A DNA stretch of 64,000 nt from Parcubacteria group bacterium CG10_big_fil_rev_8_21_14_0_10_36_14 (lineage in GTDB: Bacteria > Patescibacteriota > Patescibacteriia > GCA-002772895): positions 6,728 to 70,727 of the forward strand of contig PFCS01000050.1 of the NCBI GenBank assembly GCA_002772895.1, written 5' to 3'. Below are positions 17,960-27,370 of this stretch, one piece after another. Numbering within the stretch: position 1 is the stretch's first letter; every line of letters starts with the position of its first letter. The notes beneath the pieces are model-generated. The model searched no databases. It worked only from the letters and a program-made list of their open reading frames with translations, and was not told the origin of the DNA. The translations under genes and the position numbers were made by a program.

Positions 17960-18994
17960 TTACTCCAAATCATTCCATTGCAAAATAGCATTTTTTGCAA
18001 TATCATGTTTAGTTTTACGACCAAACAAACCCTCTGAAAATATTTTATCTAAAAATTTTGCTGGTATGCCTGTACCCGGACGCGCAGCCCTCAAATTATG
18101 CGCACCAACTACTTCTCCGGCTCCTATGTCGTCCTTGGCTATAACGCTGTGATGAGCCCAATCGCGCACGTCCTGCTCTTCTTTGGTTATATTTTTTTCT
18201 GAAAAAAGTGTTTTCTCTACCTTTCTTATTGCGGAGACCAATTCTTTAAATTCTTCCGGATCTAATGACACGAGGTCGTCTGGTCCATGTAAATCACGAA
18301 TTGTAAAATGTTTCTCAATCACTCGCGCACCTAACGCTACTGCAGCTATAGAGCTATAAATTTCTTTAGTATGATCCGAATGACCAATTAAAATTCCAAA
18401 TTCTTTTTCTAAAATATTAATCAAATTCAAATTCAAATGCTCATAGTTAGCAGGATATTCGGATGTGCAGTTGGTTAGAACAAAATCAACACCTTCTTCC
18501 TTAAGTACAGCTACCGTTTCCCTAATTTCATCCATTGTACACATACCAGTTGAAACAATCATCGGTTTTCTCTTCTTGGCTATATGACGAATCATCGTAA
18601 GATTTGTCATTTCACCAGAACCGGTTTTAAATGCTTTAACTCCAATTTCATCCAAAATATCGGATGCTTCAATACAAAAGGGTGTACATAAATATTGTAT
18701 CCCAATTTCATTACAATACTTCATTAATTCTTTGTGCTGTTCTTTTTCACCAATGTTAACTTTCGCCAAAATTTTGTCTAATGACCCTGCCCAAAAATTA
18801 ATAACATTGGGAACCATTTCTATTTCCGGAATATGTAATTGAAATTTGGCAATATCGGCCCCGACATTTTTTGCCATCCTTATAAGCTCCTTAGCATTTT
18901 CCATATTTCCCATATGTTCGCATGCAATTTCAGCTATAACAACAACTGGGGTAGTTTTTCCAATAATAATATTTCCAAATTTTATATCTTTCAT
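17960..18994 (-). CDS. neuB: N-acetylneuraminate (nonulosonic acid) synthase, NeuB/LegI/PseI family, with C-terminal SAF domain.
   Basis: PVVVIAEIACEHMGNMENAKELIRMAKNVGADIAKFQ, ...FKTGSGEMTN..., ...VSTGMCTMDEI... and ...GHSDHT... are NeuB TIM-barrel motifs. C-terminal SAF/antifreeze-like segment reads SVIAKDDIGAGEVVGAHNLRAARPGTGI. 344 aa. Confidence 0.85.
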   Translation of the reverse strand: MKDIKFGNIIIGKTTPVVVIAEIACEHMGNMENAKELIRMAKNVGADIAKFQLHIPEIEMVPNVINFWAGSLDKILAKVNIGEKEQHKELMKYCNEIGIQYLCTPFCIEASDILDEIGVKAFKTGSGEMTNLTMIRHIAKKRKPMIVSTGMCTMDEIRETVAVLKEEGVDFVLTNCTSEYPANYEHLNLNLINILEKEFGILIGHSDHTKEIYSSIAAVALGARVIEKHFTIRDLHGPDDLVSLDPEEFKELVSAIRKVEKTLFSEKNITKEEQDVRDWAHHSVIAKDDIGAGEVVGAHNLRAARPGTGIPAKFLDKIFSEGLFGRKTKHDIAKNAILQWNDLE

Positions 18995-19023
18995 AAATTT
19001 TATATATCCATCTTTTTTAAATA

Positions 19024-19046
19024 AAGCCCCGTCATGGATGGGGCTT
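19024..19046 (-). terminator. Hairpin terminator downstream of the B12-rSAM gene, splitting the long minus-strand run ahead of neuB.
   Basis: aagcccc-gtcatggat-ggggctt is a 7-bp GC-rich stem with a 9-nt loop in the 58-nt gap 18995-19052. The minus-strand read-through is followed by an A/T-rich tract. Confidence 0.45.
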
Positions 19047-19052
19047 AAAAAA

Positions 19053-20657
19053 TTATTTTTTCATCTGGGTTCCAGATAGAATACCTTCGTCCCCATTTAA
19101 TTTTAATTTTCTTACATTATGATAAGTAGGAAAAGCCTCCATTAAAATTCTCCACCGTTTATATAAATCTTCACGCGAACACCATGGTGTATTAATCTGA
19201 ACAACCTCAGGTGTCACGGCAGCATAAGAAACGGTCACTAACGTATCTGTGCTATCAGGAAATACAAGATACCCAAATTTTTCACAAAATTCATAAAGTT
19301 CTGTACCAGGAAGTGGCGTAGTAATCAATGGGGTTATACCCTTAGACCCCATATAATGAAACTTTTCTAAAAATTTTAATGTCTTCTCAAAGCTTCTCTC
19401 GTCTTCACCTTGAATATAAGAGTTCCCTTTACTGTCTCTAAAATAAAACTCTTCGTATTTTGGTACATTTCGATAACTTGATCTTTTTATTTTTCCACCC
19501 GGATAACCAACGATCAAAAAGCAACTGAACGGAAGTTTCGCCTCGTTGCACCAATCAGCTACCTGAAGCGCCTGATCTAAATGTTGAAAAGCATTAAACT
19601 TATTCATGGCTACGAGTATTCGCTCATCACCAGACTCTACTGGCAAATAAAGAATTTCCACTCCTGCTCGCGCTATTGCAAAAACAACTTCTTTGTCCAT
19701 CTTCTCCAACATAACACCATTTGGAAAGGTACATTTCAGATCATGTCCTTTTTCTCGAATTTTTGCAATACCGTCTAAAATTTCGAGAACACGTTTCTTA
19801 TTAAACGTAAAATTATCATCGGCAATCTCTATCCGATTTATGCCAAATTCTTCAATACAAAACCTTATTTCTTTTAATACTCTCTCTGTGGAAAATGCCC
19901 GAAAACGCTGACCCTTTTCTGGAGATGAACAAAATTGGCAATCAAAGGGGCATCCTCTAGAACTAATTAAATGAAGGGTTCTGTCAACTCTATTGCCCCA
20001 TGTAGACAATGTTACATATTCTTCCATGGGTCTAAATCTATAACTTGGAAAAGGTAGCTTATCTATGTCTCTAAATTGCTCTACACGCAAACCCGTATCT
20101 TTAATTGTCCCATCGGGCAAACGACACACTAACCCCGGAATGTTTTCCCAAGGTTCGTCATTCAATATGCGCGTAAAGGCTATTTCACCCTCGCCTCTTA
20201 CCACAATATCAGCTCCCGACTCTTCAATAACCTCTCGTGGCAAAGTAGTTGCCAATACGCCACCGACAACAACTGTTATTTTGGAAAAAATAGATTTTAT
20301 CTTTTTAACCAGCGGATACAAGGCCAATCGAGAATCAGTAAACGGTGCATTAATACCAATAATATCTGTCTCTTTTGGAATACGACCAATAATCCATTCA
20401 TCAGAATGTCCAAAACGCCTAATTGGTTGCTGCCTTAAATTATAAACCTCTTCGCTAATTGCTTCTCCACCCTCCATCATCGGATCAATAAAGGCAATAA
20501 TTAAGTGCCCATTTTCTTCTGCATAAGCACCAACATACCCTAACCCGAGTTGCTGTGATCTAAATTCTACCTCATTGTAAAAGAGCCATGGACAAGCGAT
20601 AAGACATACTTTTTTTCGTAGCAACCTATGTTCTATATTTTCTTCACGCTTTTCCAT
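19053..20657 (-). CDS. B12-binding-domain radical SAM enzyme (class B rSAM; putative methyltransferase).
   Basis: N-terminal cobalamin-binding-like Rossmann segment (KVCLIACPWLFYNEVEF...LGLGYVGAYAEENGH) and radical SAM cluster motif SSRGCPFDCQFCSS. 534 aa. Paralogous to 37111-38520 and 60043-61452. Confidence 0.8.
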   Translation of the reverse strand: MEKREENIEHRLLRKKVCLIACPWLFYNEVEFRSQQLGLGYVGAYAEENGHLIIAFIDPMMEGGEAISEEVYNLRQQPIRRFGHSDEWIIGRIPKETDIIGINAPFTDSRLALYPLVKKIKSIFSKITVVVGGVLATTLPREVIEESGADIVVRGEGEIAFTRILNDEPWENIPGLVCRLPDGTIKDTGLRVEQFRDIDKLPFPSYRFRPMEEYVTLSTWGNRVDRTLHLISSRGCPFDCQFCSSPEKGQRFRAFSTERVLKEIRFCIEEFGINRIEIADDNFTFNKKRVLEILDGIAKIREKGHDLKCTFPNGVMLEKMDKEVVFAIARAGVEILYLPVESGDERILVAMNKFNAFQHLDQALQVADWCNEAKLPFSCFLIVGYPGGKIKRSSYRNVPKYEEFYFRDSKGNSYIQGEDERSFEKTLKFLEKFHYMGSKGITPLITTPLPGTELYEFCEKFGYLVFPDSTDTLVTVSYAAVTPEVVQINTPWCSREDLYKRWRILMEAFPTYHNVRKLKLNGDEGILSGTQMKK

Positions 20658-20761
20658 TGCCTTTCCTCCTCTTTTTTGACCAAGCTGTCAAGACATATTA
20701 CTACATAAAGCTTAACACATTATTAAATTTTAATCAAGAGGGTTAAAAATTAAAAAATAGC

Positions 20762-22132
20762 CTATTTAACTAAAATTTCCAATAAAGAATTGGCAATTCT
20801 TTTATTAGCTTGCCCATCATTTTTATAACATAATTGTTCCACTATCCTTCTTCTTCCTTCACTATGCAGGCTATAATTTTCTAAATATTCATTAATCTGA
20901 TTCTTTAAATCCTCAGGACTACTCACCATGCTAACTCCGCCGGTTTCAACCACGTCATTAAAGTGACTGAAAGAATAAAAATAATTTACCGAATGCCTAA
21001 AATCTGCCTGTGGCACAGCATCAAACGCTATGCTTATAAGTGGCTTATCTAGCATTGATCCGTCCAAAGAAAGCGTTGAACAGGTAGATATTATTACATC
21101 CGAATGATAAAGCATATTAAAAAAATCAATCATTTCTTCTTTTGACGCATCCCACGAATCTAAAAATAGATTTGTTATTCTGTGTTTATTGTCTATATAA
21201 ACAAAATCGTATTTATTAAATTCGAGAAAACGTTTTTTTTCTATGTCCGAATAATGCGGACGGATGACCAAAGAAGCATCGTGCAATAATTCTTTATTTT
21301 TTATAAAATTGCATATTATATTAGCCACTCCCTCATCTGCCCGACCCCAAAGACCTTCTGAACCAAAAAAAATTAATTTTTTATTGGGGTCAAGCCCCTT
21401 TTTTTTAAAAAATTCTTCTCTCAAAATAATTAATTCTTTTTTGGAATAAATATCAAACTGCGGAAATCCTGTAACTAAAATTTTTTCGGCACATATATTC
21501 TGCAAGTTACTAACCGTCTCCTTCATTGATTGATTAAATACTATCATTTTGTCTGGTTCTACCCTAAAAAGCCGACGATCAACCGTATCCCATCCTTTTG
21601 CCATAGCAACTGTTTTTATTTTCTTTTTTTTAGCAATCTTTAGAAAAGCAATATCTACTTTCCCTAAAATAGTAGTAGAAAAAATTAGGTCTGGTTTATA
21701 TTTATCAAAAAAGTGTTCATATTTTTTTTCTTTAAAAAGATAGAGTTCCAGCCATCTAAAAATTTTTTTTAAAACGGTGCTTTGTGATAAAACCCCAAAT
21801 ATACCAGCCTCCAAAAAATATATAATTGTATTTTTACCTTTTTTTTTGTACGTTCCATAACGCGACAATAGCCGCGAACCTTTCGTATAAACAAGATTAT
21901 CAATCAATGGAAGAAAAAATTTTCTTTGTATCCTTGATAACTCACCTTCTCCAGTATTTTCAATAATAATTCTCGAATGATTAAATTCTTCTTTAAGATA
22001 TTGAGGTGCTTCTGAAGGAAGCATCAAAACAATTCTGATATTTTCGTCTCTTAATAAATGATCTATTATTCCTGTTCTTAATATATTTCTCGCAATGATT
22101 CCTCTACTTATAATAATAAAAATTGTTTTCAT
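20762..22132 (-). CDS. CDP-glycerol glycerophosphotransferase family (TagB/TagF-like) protein; putative polyol-/sugar-phosphate transferase.
   Basis: C-terminal HSDVIISTCSTLSLDGSMLDKPLISIAFD parallels the TagF motif DILITDYSS...LLDKPIIFYAYD, and VIRPHYSD parallels the TagF histidine region. 456 aa. Paralog of 25248-26615. Confidence 0.55.
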   Translation of the reverse strand: MKTIFIIISRGIIARNILRTGIIDHLLRDENIRIVLMLPSEAPQYLKEEFNHSRIIIENTGEGELSRIQRKFFLPLIDNLVYTKGSRLLSRYGTYKKKGKNTIIYFLEAGIFGVLSQSTVLKKIFRWLELYLFKEKKYEHFFDKYKPDLIFSTTILGKVDIAFLKIAKKKKIKTVAMAKGWDTVDRRLFRVEPDKMIVFNQSMKETVSNLQNICAEKILVTGFPQFDIYSKKELIILREEFFKKKGLDPNKKLIFFGSEGLWGRADEGVANIICNFIKNKELLHDASLVIRPHYSDIEKKRFLEFNKYDFVYIDNKHRITNLFLDSWDASKEEMIDFFNMLYHSDVIISTCSTLSLDGSMLDKPLISIAFDAVPQADFRHSVNYFYSFSHFNDVVETGGVSMVSSPEDLKNQINEYLENYSLHSEGRRRIVEQLCYKNDGQANKRIANSLLEILVK

Positions 22133-22135
22133 AAA

Positions 22136-22963
22136 TTATTTATACCCTACTAAAAAATGTCCTTGCGACAAAGTATAGTTAGTTTTAAATGGATATTTTA
22201 AGAAAATTTTTCTAATCCAAAGCGTAAAATTATATAATTTTGCGATAGCTTTATCCGTTTTCATAGAAATCGGCACAAATATCGGAAAAGGATTTACGTT
22301 TACCGCATAAACTTTTTTAAAACCCATATTTTTTACCTTTTCAATATAATCTTCCGGCGTATCATTGTTCCGATAATAATCTTTTGGTGGATAGAACTTA
22401 CCGGAAAGTAACCTCAAAAACCACTTATACAAATTATTAATATTTTGTGCTGACCATTTTTCAGGAATATTCAAGTGTATCATTACGCCACCCAATTTTA
22501 ATACGCGATAACCCTCTTTAATCGTTACATCATAATTATCTATATGCTCCAAAAGACCTATTGAATAAACAATGTCAACAGAACTATCCGGCATAGGAAT
22601 GGAATCACTCGAACCAACAAAAAATTCCGCTCGTGCATCATACTTGCTAAAATTTTCTTTTGCTAATTTTATTGCGTCTTCAGATATATCAAGAAGCGCT
22701 ACTTCAATCCCATCGTATTTATTCAAAAATAACGACATCGTTCCACGTCCACATCCAAGCTCTAATCCATTTTTATAATTTTTATCTTTTATTAAATTTT
22801 CAAAAAATTTATAATACCAAAAAAAATTTATCTGCCTCTGCGTTCTCGGTTTCATTCCCTTTGGCACAAACAAACTAAATTCATCATCACTACTCTTTTC
22901 TGATATTAATTTCCACTTATCTTCAAACTTTATACTTTGCATATTTAAATGGTTAAACCCCAA
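22136..22963 (-). CDS. Class I SAM-dependent methyltransferase.
   Basis: Motif I GLELGCGRGTMSLFL, then ...LLDISEDAIKLAKENF... and ...VDIVYSIGLLEHID...LKLGGVMIHLN. Confidence 0.75.
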   Translation of the reverse strand: MGFNHLNMQSIKFEDKWKLISEKSSDDEFSLFVPKGMKPRTQRQINFFWYYKFFENLIKDKNYKNGLELGCGRGTMSLFLNKYDGIEVALLDISEDAIKLAKENFSKYDARAEFFVGSSDSIPMPDSSVDIVYSIGLLEHIDNYDVTIKEGYRVLKLGGVMIHLNIPEKWSAQNINNLYKWFLRLLSGKFYPPKDYYRNNDTPEDYIEKVKNMGFKKVYAVNVNPFPIFVPISMKTDKAIAKLYNFTLWIRKIFLKYPFKTNYTLSQGHFLVGYK

Positions 22964-23675
22964 AAAAGTCTTTTTTATTTTCTCCGATTATTTTTTTGGC
23001 ATTCTTTAGCTCTTCCGGAAAATCAACTTCTAGCCAACCATGCCCGGAGATATCTCCAATTAATATTTCATTGGATTCCGACAGCTTCCGAACAACATCT
23101 TCCACAACCAAATTTTCTTCTCCTTGCGCCAATAGTTCATCTATGCAATTTTTGTATTCATTTAACATAGCAATATCACAATAAGTAAGCCCAACATATC
23201 CGCCATTAAATTTATCAAGTTTTTTAGAAATTTTTTTTAAAATAAAACTTTCATGTTCAACCTTCATATCATCATCTCCTAAGGGACGATCAAAATCACA
23301 GAAAGCCGTAATCCCCTTTAACTGATTTTTTACTTTTTCAGCGATTGCTTTTTTATATATATGATCAGCATTACAAATCAAAAAAGAATTTTCTATTTTT
23401 GGCAAAGCCTTTAACAATGTGTATAAATTACCCTTCAAATATTCCGGATTTTCAATTACCTCCGCTTCACTGTCGTAGCCAATAACCTTTTCTTTCAATT
23501 TTTCATAATCGCATCCGCCAATAATTTTTATTTCATCTGCACCAACCGCACGCAAAAAATCAATAGCATAATGCGCTAAGGGCTTTCCTTCAATTTCTAC
23601 CAACGCCTTTGTTGTACCGGCACCCAGACGTTTACCAATTCCGGCCGCTAAAAGAACACCTGTTAATTTGCTCAT
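22953..23675 (-). CDS. Nucleotidyltransferase (NTP_transferase fold; LicC/MobA-like sugar- or alcohol-phosphate cytidylyl/nucleotidyltransferase).
   Basis: LTGVLLAAGIGKRLGAGTTKALVEIEGKPLAHYAIDFL is the G-x-G-x-R-L nucleotide-binding signature of the sugar-phosphate nucleotidyltransferase family. 240 aa. Confidence 0.7.
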   Translation of the reverse strand: MSKLTGVLLAAGIGKRLGAGTTKALVEIEGKPLAHYAIDFLRAVGADEIKIIGGCDYEKLKEKVIGYDSEAEVIENPEYLKGNLYTLLKALPKIENSFLICNADHIYKKAIAEKVKNQLKGITAFCDFDRPLGDDDMKVEHESFILKKISKKLDKFNGGYVGLTYCDIAMLNEYKNCIDELLAQGEENLVVEDVVRKLSESNEILIGDISGHGWLEVDFPEELKNAKKIIGENKKDFFGV

Positions 23676-24307
23676 ATAATTAAATTGCTAATTTTTTTAA
23701 TAATTGGAATTTCATTATTAAGCGCCTTAAAATCATCTTCTTTAAAAGTTCCGACTTTTCCTATAAAATCAATATTTTCGGCATTTGCTAAAAAATAATC
23801 GTTCAAAGAATCGCCAATAAAGACTATTTTATCTTTCTCTAAGCCCAACTCTTTTATAGTAAAATCAAAATGATTCCTCCCCTTAGCAAAACCGTCTTTA
23901 AAACCTAATGCTAAATCAAAAATACTATGTAAATTATTATTATCAATAAATTTATCAATATTATACTGAAAATTATTTGAAGATATCACCAAGTTATAAT
24001 TAACTTCCTTTAGCTGTTTCAGAGCTTCCAGCGCCCCATCTTCCAATTCAACATCAGATGTTGCGAATAACTTTTGTTCTTCGTATATCGGCGCAACAAT
24101 TTTATTTTTTTCATTTCCCGGAAAAATTATTTCTAATTGTTGATAAAACGGAAAACCACTAGTTTTCAAATACATCTTCCGCGCCTCGCATTTATCCATT
24201 CCGTAATGCTCCGATATAAGGGAGCTCGCTACGTCAGTAAAAATCTGCATCGTATCAGCCAATGTACCGTCAAAATCAAAAATAATTGTATTTTTATTAG
24301 ATAACAT
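23672..24307 (-). CDS. HAD-superfamily hydrolase (phosphatase-like).
   Basis: Motif I IIFDFDGTLADT, motif II LVISSNN, motif III/IV ...KDKIVFIGDSLNDY. Overlaps the NTP-transferase gene by 4 nt (ATGA). Confidence 0.75.
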   Translation of the reverse strand: MLSNKNTIIFDFDGTLADTMQIFTDVASSLISEHYGMDKCEARKMYLKTSGFPFYQQLEIIFPGNEKNKIVAPIYEEQKLFATSDVELEDGALEALKQLKEVNYNLVISSNNFQYNIDKFIDNNNLHSIFDLALGFKDGFAKGRNHFDFTIKELGLEKDKIVFIGDSLNDYFLANAENIDFIGKVGTFKEDDFKALNNEIPIIKKISNLII

Positions 24308-24313
24308 AATTCT

Positions 24314-25237
24314 TTATATTAATTTTGCATTAAGACGTTTTAATGCCCACCTCTCCAAATTCTTGCCATTAATCCCCAACTTAGTGCTTAATGCCACATC
24401 ATAGCCTAATTCTTCTAAAATAGCAATGGTATTCGCATTATAATTTCCATGAGGATAAGAAATGGCATAAATAGGAATGTTTATAATATTTTCTAATATA
24501 TCTTTTGGCTTTTTTATTTCTTCATACATATCGTTTTTCGATAGCTCATCTAAACGTAAATGCCTATCGCCATGCGTCCCGATTGTCATTCCCGCCTCCG
24601 CCATTTCCGCTATTTCGCGTTTATTTAAATAAAGATTTTCGCAAAATTCTCTTTCATCACCTATATATTTCGGAAAAACTGCGCCTAAAAACTCCATCTT
24701 CTTTTCTTCAGGCAAAGTTTGTAAAATAATTTTCAAATTAACCGTAAGCACATCATCATATATATACCTATCGTCTCTTTTTTCTTTATCACTTAAAGCA
24801 AATTCTTTTTGTATCGTTTTATTTTGTTTTTTAATAAACTCATAATATTCTTCCGCTAATCTTTTTGTACCTATTTTAGCAAGTAAAAAATGCACCTTAT
24901 GTACATTGGCTACTTTTCCCTCTAAAGACATCGTGATAGGAAAAAATACACCCTTTATTCCATATTTTTTTAAAATCGGAAAGACACTGTCATAATGATC
25001 ACTCAATCCATCATCAAAAGTAAAAACACACGCCTTTGATGGTAACTCTTTTTGTCCTAATACGGATTGTCGCACGTCTTCTAAAGAAATTATTTCATAT
25101 TCGCTTTTAAATCTTTCAATATGATTCTTAAATAAGTCTGTCCCTATAGCATTTATCTTTGGAAAGGGCGTTTTATCCGCATCTCGCACATAATGATACA
25201 TTATTATAGCCAATTCTTTTTCTTGTCCTTCTTTCAT
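24314..25237 (-). CDS. Polysaccharide deacetylase (NodB-homology, CE4).
   Basis: ACVFTFDDGLSDHYDSVFPILKKYGIKGVFFPIT (NodB motifs 1-2) and GTHGDRH (His motif). Confidence 0.75.
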   Translation of the reverse strand: MKEGQEKELAIIMYHYVRDADKTPFPKINAIGTDLFKNHIERFKSEYEIISLEDVRQSVLGQKELPSKACVFTFDDGLSDHYDSVFPILKKYGIKGVFFPITMSLEGKVANVHKVHFLLAKIGTKRLAEEYYEFIKKQNKTIQKEFALSDKEKRDDRYIYDDVLTVNLKIILQTLPEEKKMEFLGAVFPKYIGDEREFCENLYLNKREIAEMAEAGMTIGTHGDRHLRLDELSKNDMYEEIKKPKDILENIINIPIYAISYPHGNYNANTIAILEELGYDVALSTKLGINGKNLERWALKRLNAKLI

Positions 25238-25247
25238 AAATATTTTT

Positions 25248-26615
25248 TTATAAACTTATTAATGCTTCGGCAATACGTTTTCCTGATTGTCCATCTACCT
25301 TATAACAAAAATTATTCCTCAATTTTTCACGACCCTCGCTTCTTAAGGTGGAATTTTTCAGATATCCATTGATTGCTATCTTCAATTCATTAGGAGATTT
25401 AACAATTTCTATTCCTCCTGAAGCTACAATCGGCTTAAAATGAGTCGAGTCATACCAACGCGCCACCGAACTCCCGTACTCTTTCTTTTTATAGCCATCA
25501 AAAGCTATCCCTACTATCGGCTTGTCGCATACAGCCGCATCAATAGTCAATGTAGAAGAATAATTCATCATTATTGTCATCTGCATCATTAATGCAGAAA
25601 AATATTCCATATGCTCATACGAGTAATCCCAGGAATCGCGAAAAATATTATTTCGTTTAAACCAATGGTCAATGATAATATTTTTTTCTCCTAAAAATTT
25701 TTCAAATTTCTTTTCACCATCTCTTGCTGAAAAATAAGGACGAATAAATAAAATACAATCTTTTTCAAGCTCGCCTTTATTTATCCAGTCCCGAACCATT
25801 TCTGCAATCTCTATATCAGTCGAGGAATATTTGGCATCTGACCCAAGCACTAAAATTTCTTTTTTCGGATCTACGCCTATTTTCTTAAAAAACTCTTCTC
25901 GCGAAAAAGAACTCATCGGCTTAGAATAAACATCAAACTGCGGAATCCCAACAACAAAGATATCGTCACTATCAATATTCTGATACTTTTTTGCTTCTTT
26001 TATAAGACCACTTCCCCATAAAAATAATTTCTCTGGCTTTACTCGAAAGCTCATCTTGGAAAGGTTGTCCCAGCTTTTAGGCATAGCTATAATTTTTACG
26101 CCAAATCTTTTTGCAGCCTTTAACACATAAGAATCAGCATCATCCATGGGATTTGTAGAAAAAACTATATCCGGACTGTATTTCTGAAAAAAAACGTAAT
26201 ACTCCTTACCGGGACAAAAAAGAAAATCAATATAGCGAATTACCTCTTTAATAAATCCAAATTTGGAAAGGGGCTTAAAAAAAATTCTTTTTAATATTCT
26301 ACGCATGGCGCTAGTTTCGCTTTTGTCCATAATGCCATATTTATCACGCAGAACAGTACTCTCATTGTAAACTAAGGCCTTATTGAGACCGGCAAAAAAA
26401 TAATCACGTAGATTCCATTTATGGTTATAAAGCGGTTCAAAAAAAATATTTTCTTCGCCAAACTCCTTCCTAAAGACTTCGTCACTAAAAGCAGGGCTCA
26501 AAATTATAATTTTCCAGCCCTCTTTTTTAAGAATCTCATAAAACTCGTTATGTAAAAAATTCTTTGCGATAGAACCGCGTGAAATAGTTATAAAAATTGT
26601 TTTTTTTGTTTGCAT
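25248..26615 (-). CDS. TagB/TagF-like glycerophosphotransferase-family protein (paralog of 20762-22132).
   Basis: Same length (455 aa) and colinear similarity to the first copy (MQTKKTIFITISRGSIAKNFL vs MKTIFIIISRGIIARNIL; FIRPYFS...; ...MNYSSTLTIDAAVCDKPIVGIAFD). Confidence 0.55.
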   Translation of the reverse strand: MQTKKTIFITISRGSIAKNFLHNEFYEILKKEGWKIIILSPAFSDEVFRKEFGEENIFFEPLYNHKWNLRDYFFAGLNKALVYNESTVLRDKYGIMDKSETSAMRRILKRIFFKPLSKFGFIKEVIRYIDFLFCPGKEYYVFFQKYSPDIVFSTNPMDDADSYVLKAAKRFGVKIIAMPKSWDNLSKMSFRVKPEKLFLWGSGLIKEAKKYQNIDSDDIFVVGIPQFDVYSKPMSSFSREEFFKKIGVDPKKEILVLGSDAKYSSTDIEIAEMVRDWINKGELEKDCILFIRPYFSARDGEKKFEKFLGEKNIIIDHWFKRNNIFRDSWDYSYEHMEYFSALMMQMTIMMNYSSTLTIDAAVCDKPIVGIAFDGYKKKEYGSSVARWYDSTHFKPIVASGGIEIVKSPNELKIAINGYLKNSTLRSEGREKLRNNFCYKVDGQSGKRIAEALISL

Positions 26616-26618
26616 ATT

Positions 26619-27359
26619 TTAAGCAATATCTATTTCATTTTTCCTGCATTCATCACGAAAACAAGTAAATCCTGTCGTTTCGTATTTATAAAGGCCAACG
26701 TCTTTTATTTTGGCACCAAAACACATTTTAAATTTAGCAATCCCCATTTTATTCTTTTCTTTAATACTTATACCACCTAAATCGAAATGCACATATCCTT
26801 TTTCTTTAGCATATTCACAGATTTCATACACTAACCTTCTTGTGGCATACCCAACTATTGCATTTTTTATGTTTTTTTCATTTTCTAATCGCCTTGAAAA
26901 TATTTTTTCAATTCTTAAAAAATTATTATCATCATAACATGTTATGCCCGAGATTGTCTGTCCATCAAAATAAGCTGAAAAAAGTTTAGTTTTCCCAAAT
27001 TGTTCTTTCGGTTCAGGCGCCCAACCGCGAATTAAATCAAACTCCTTACTTAAATTATAAGCCTCTTCCATATTTTCATCTTCTCTCACAAAAGATAGCC
27101 CCTCTATATTTTGTGTTTTTCTAATTTCATTTCGAGTTGTAGAATTAAAACTCTTAAAAATATCTCCCAACCCTTGTTTTAAACTGATAATCGCATCTTG
27201 TTTTTCTTGCATTTCGAATCCAGTCAACGACGGCCCCCTTTCATAGCATACAATATGAAGACAATCAAAATTATCTTTTAAGCTTTGAATTTTTTTAAAA
27301 TTAAATTCATCAAAAATAAATTTTCCGTATCTAAATCCCGACAATGAAACGTCAAGCAT
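26619..27359 (-). CDS. FemAB / GNAT-fold (Acetyltransf_6-like) protein; candidate acyl- or aminoacyl-transferase acting on the glycan.
   Basis: C-terminal HFDLGGISIKEKNKMGIAKFKMCFGAKI resembles the FemAB-family ...GLYRFKKGFGG... box. 246 aa is short for a full FemX. Confidence 0.4.
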   Translation of the reverse strand: MLDVSLSGFRYGKFIFDEFNFKKIQSLKDNFDCLHIVCYERGPSLTGFEMQEKQDAIISLKQGLGDIFKSFNSTTRNEIRKTQNIEGLSFVREDENMEEAYNLSKEFDLIRGWAPEPKEQFGKTKLFSAYFDGQTISGITCYDDNNFLRIEKIFSRRLENEKNIKNAIVGYATRRLVYEICEYAKEKGYVHFDLGGISIKEKNKMGIAKFKMCFGAKIKDVGLYKYETTGFTCFRDECRKNEIDIA

Positions 27360-27370
27360 ACTATTTAAAA

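Noticed and set aside
20762-22132. Considered annotating the two 455-aa paralogs as sialyltransferases/polysialyltransferases because of the adjacent NeuA/NeuB/NeuC genes.
   Set aside because: The readable motifs (…SDVIISTCSTLSLDG…DKPLISIAFD) align better with the TagF glycerophosphotransferase signature. Both families are GT-B-like, so a sialyltransferase role cannot be excluded, but it is not supported by specific sialyl-motifs that I can see.
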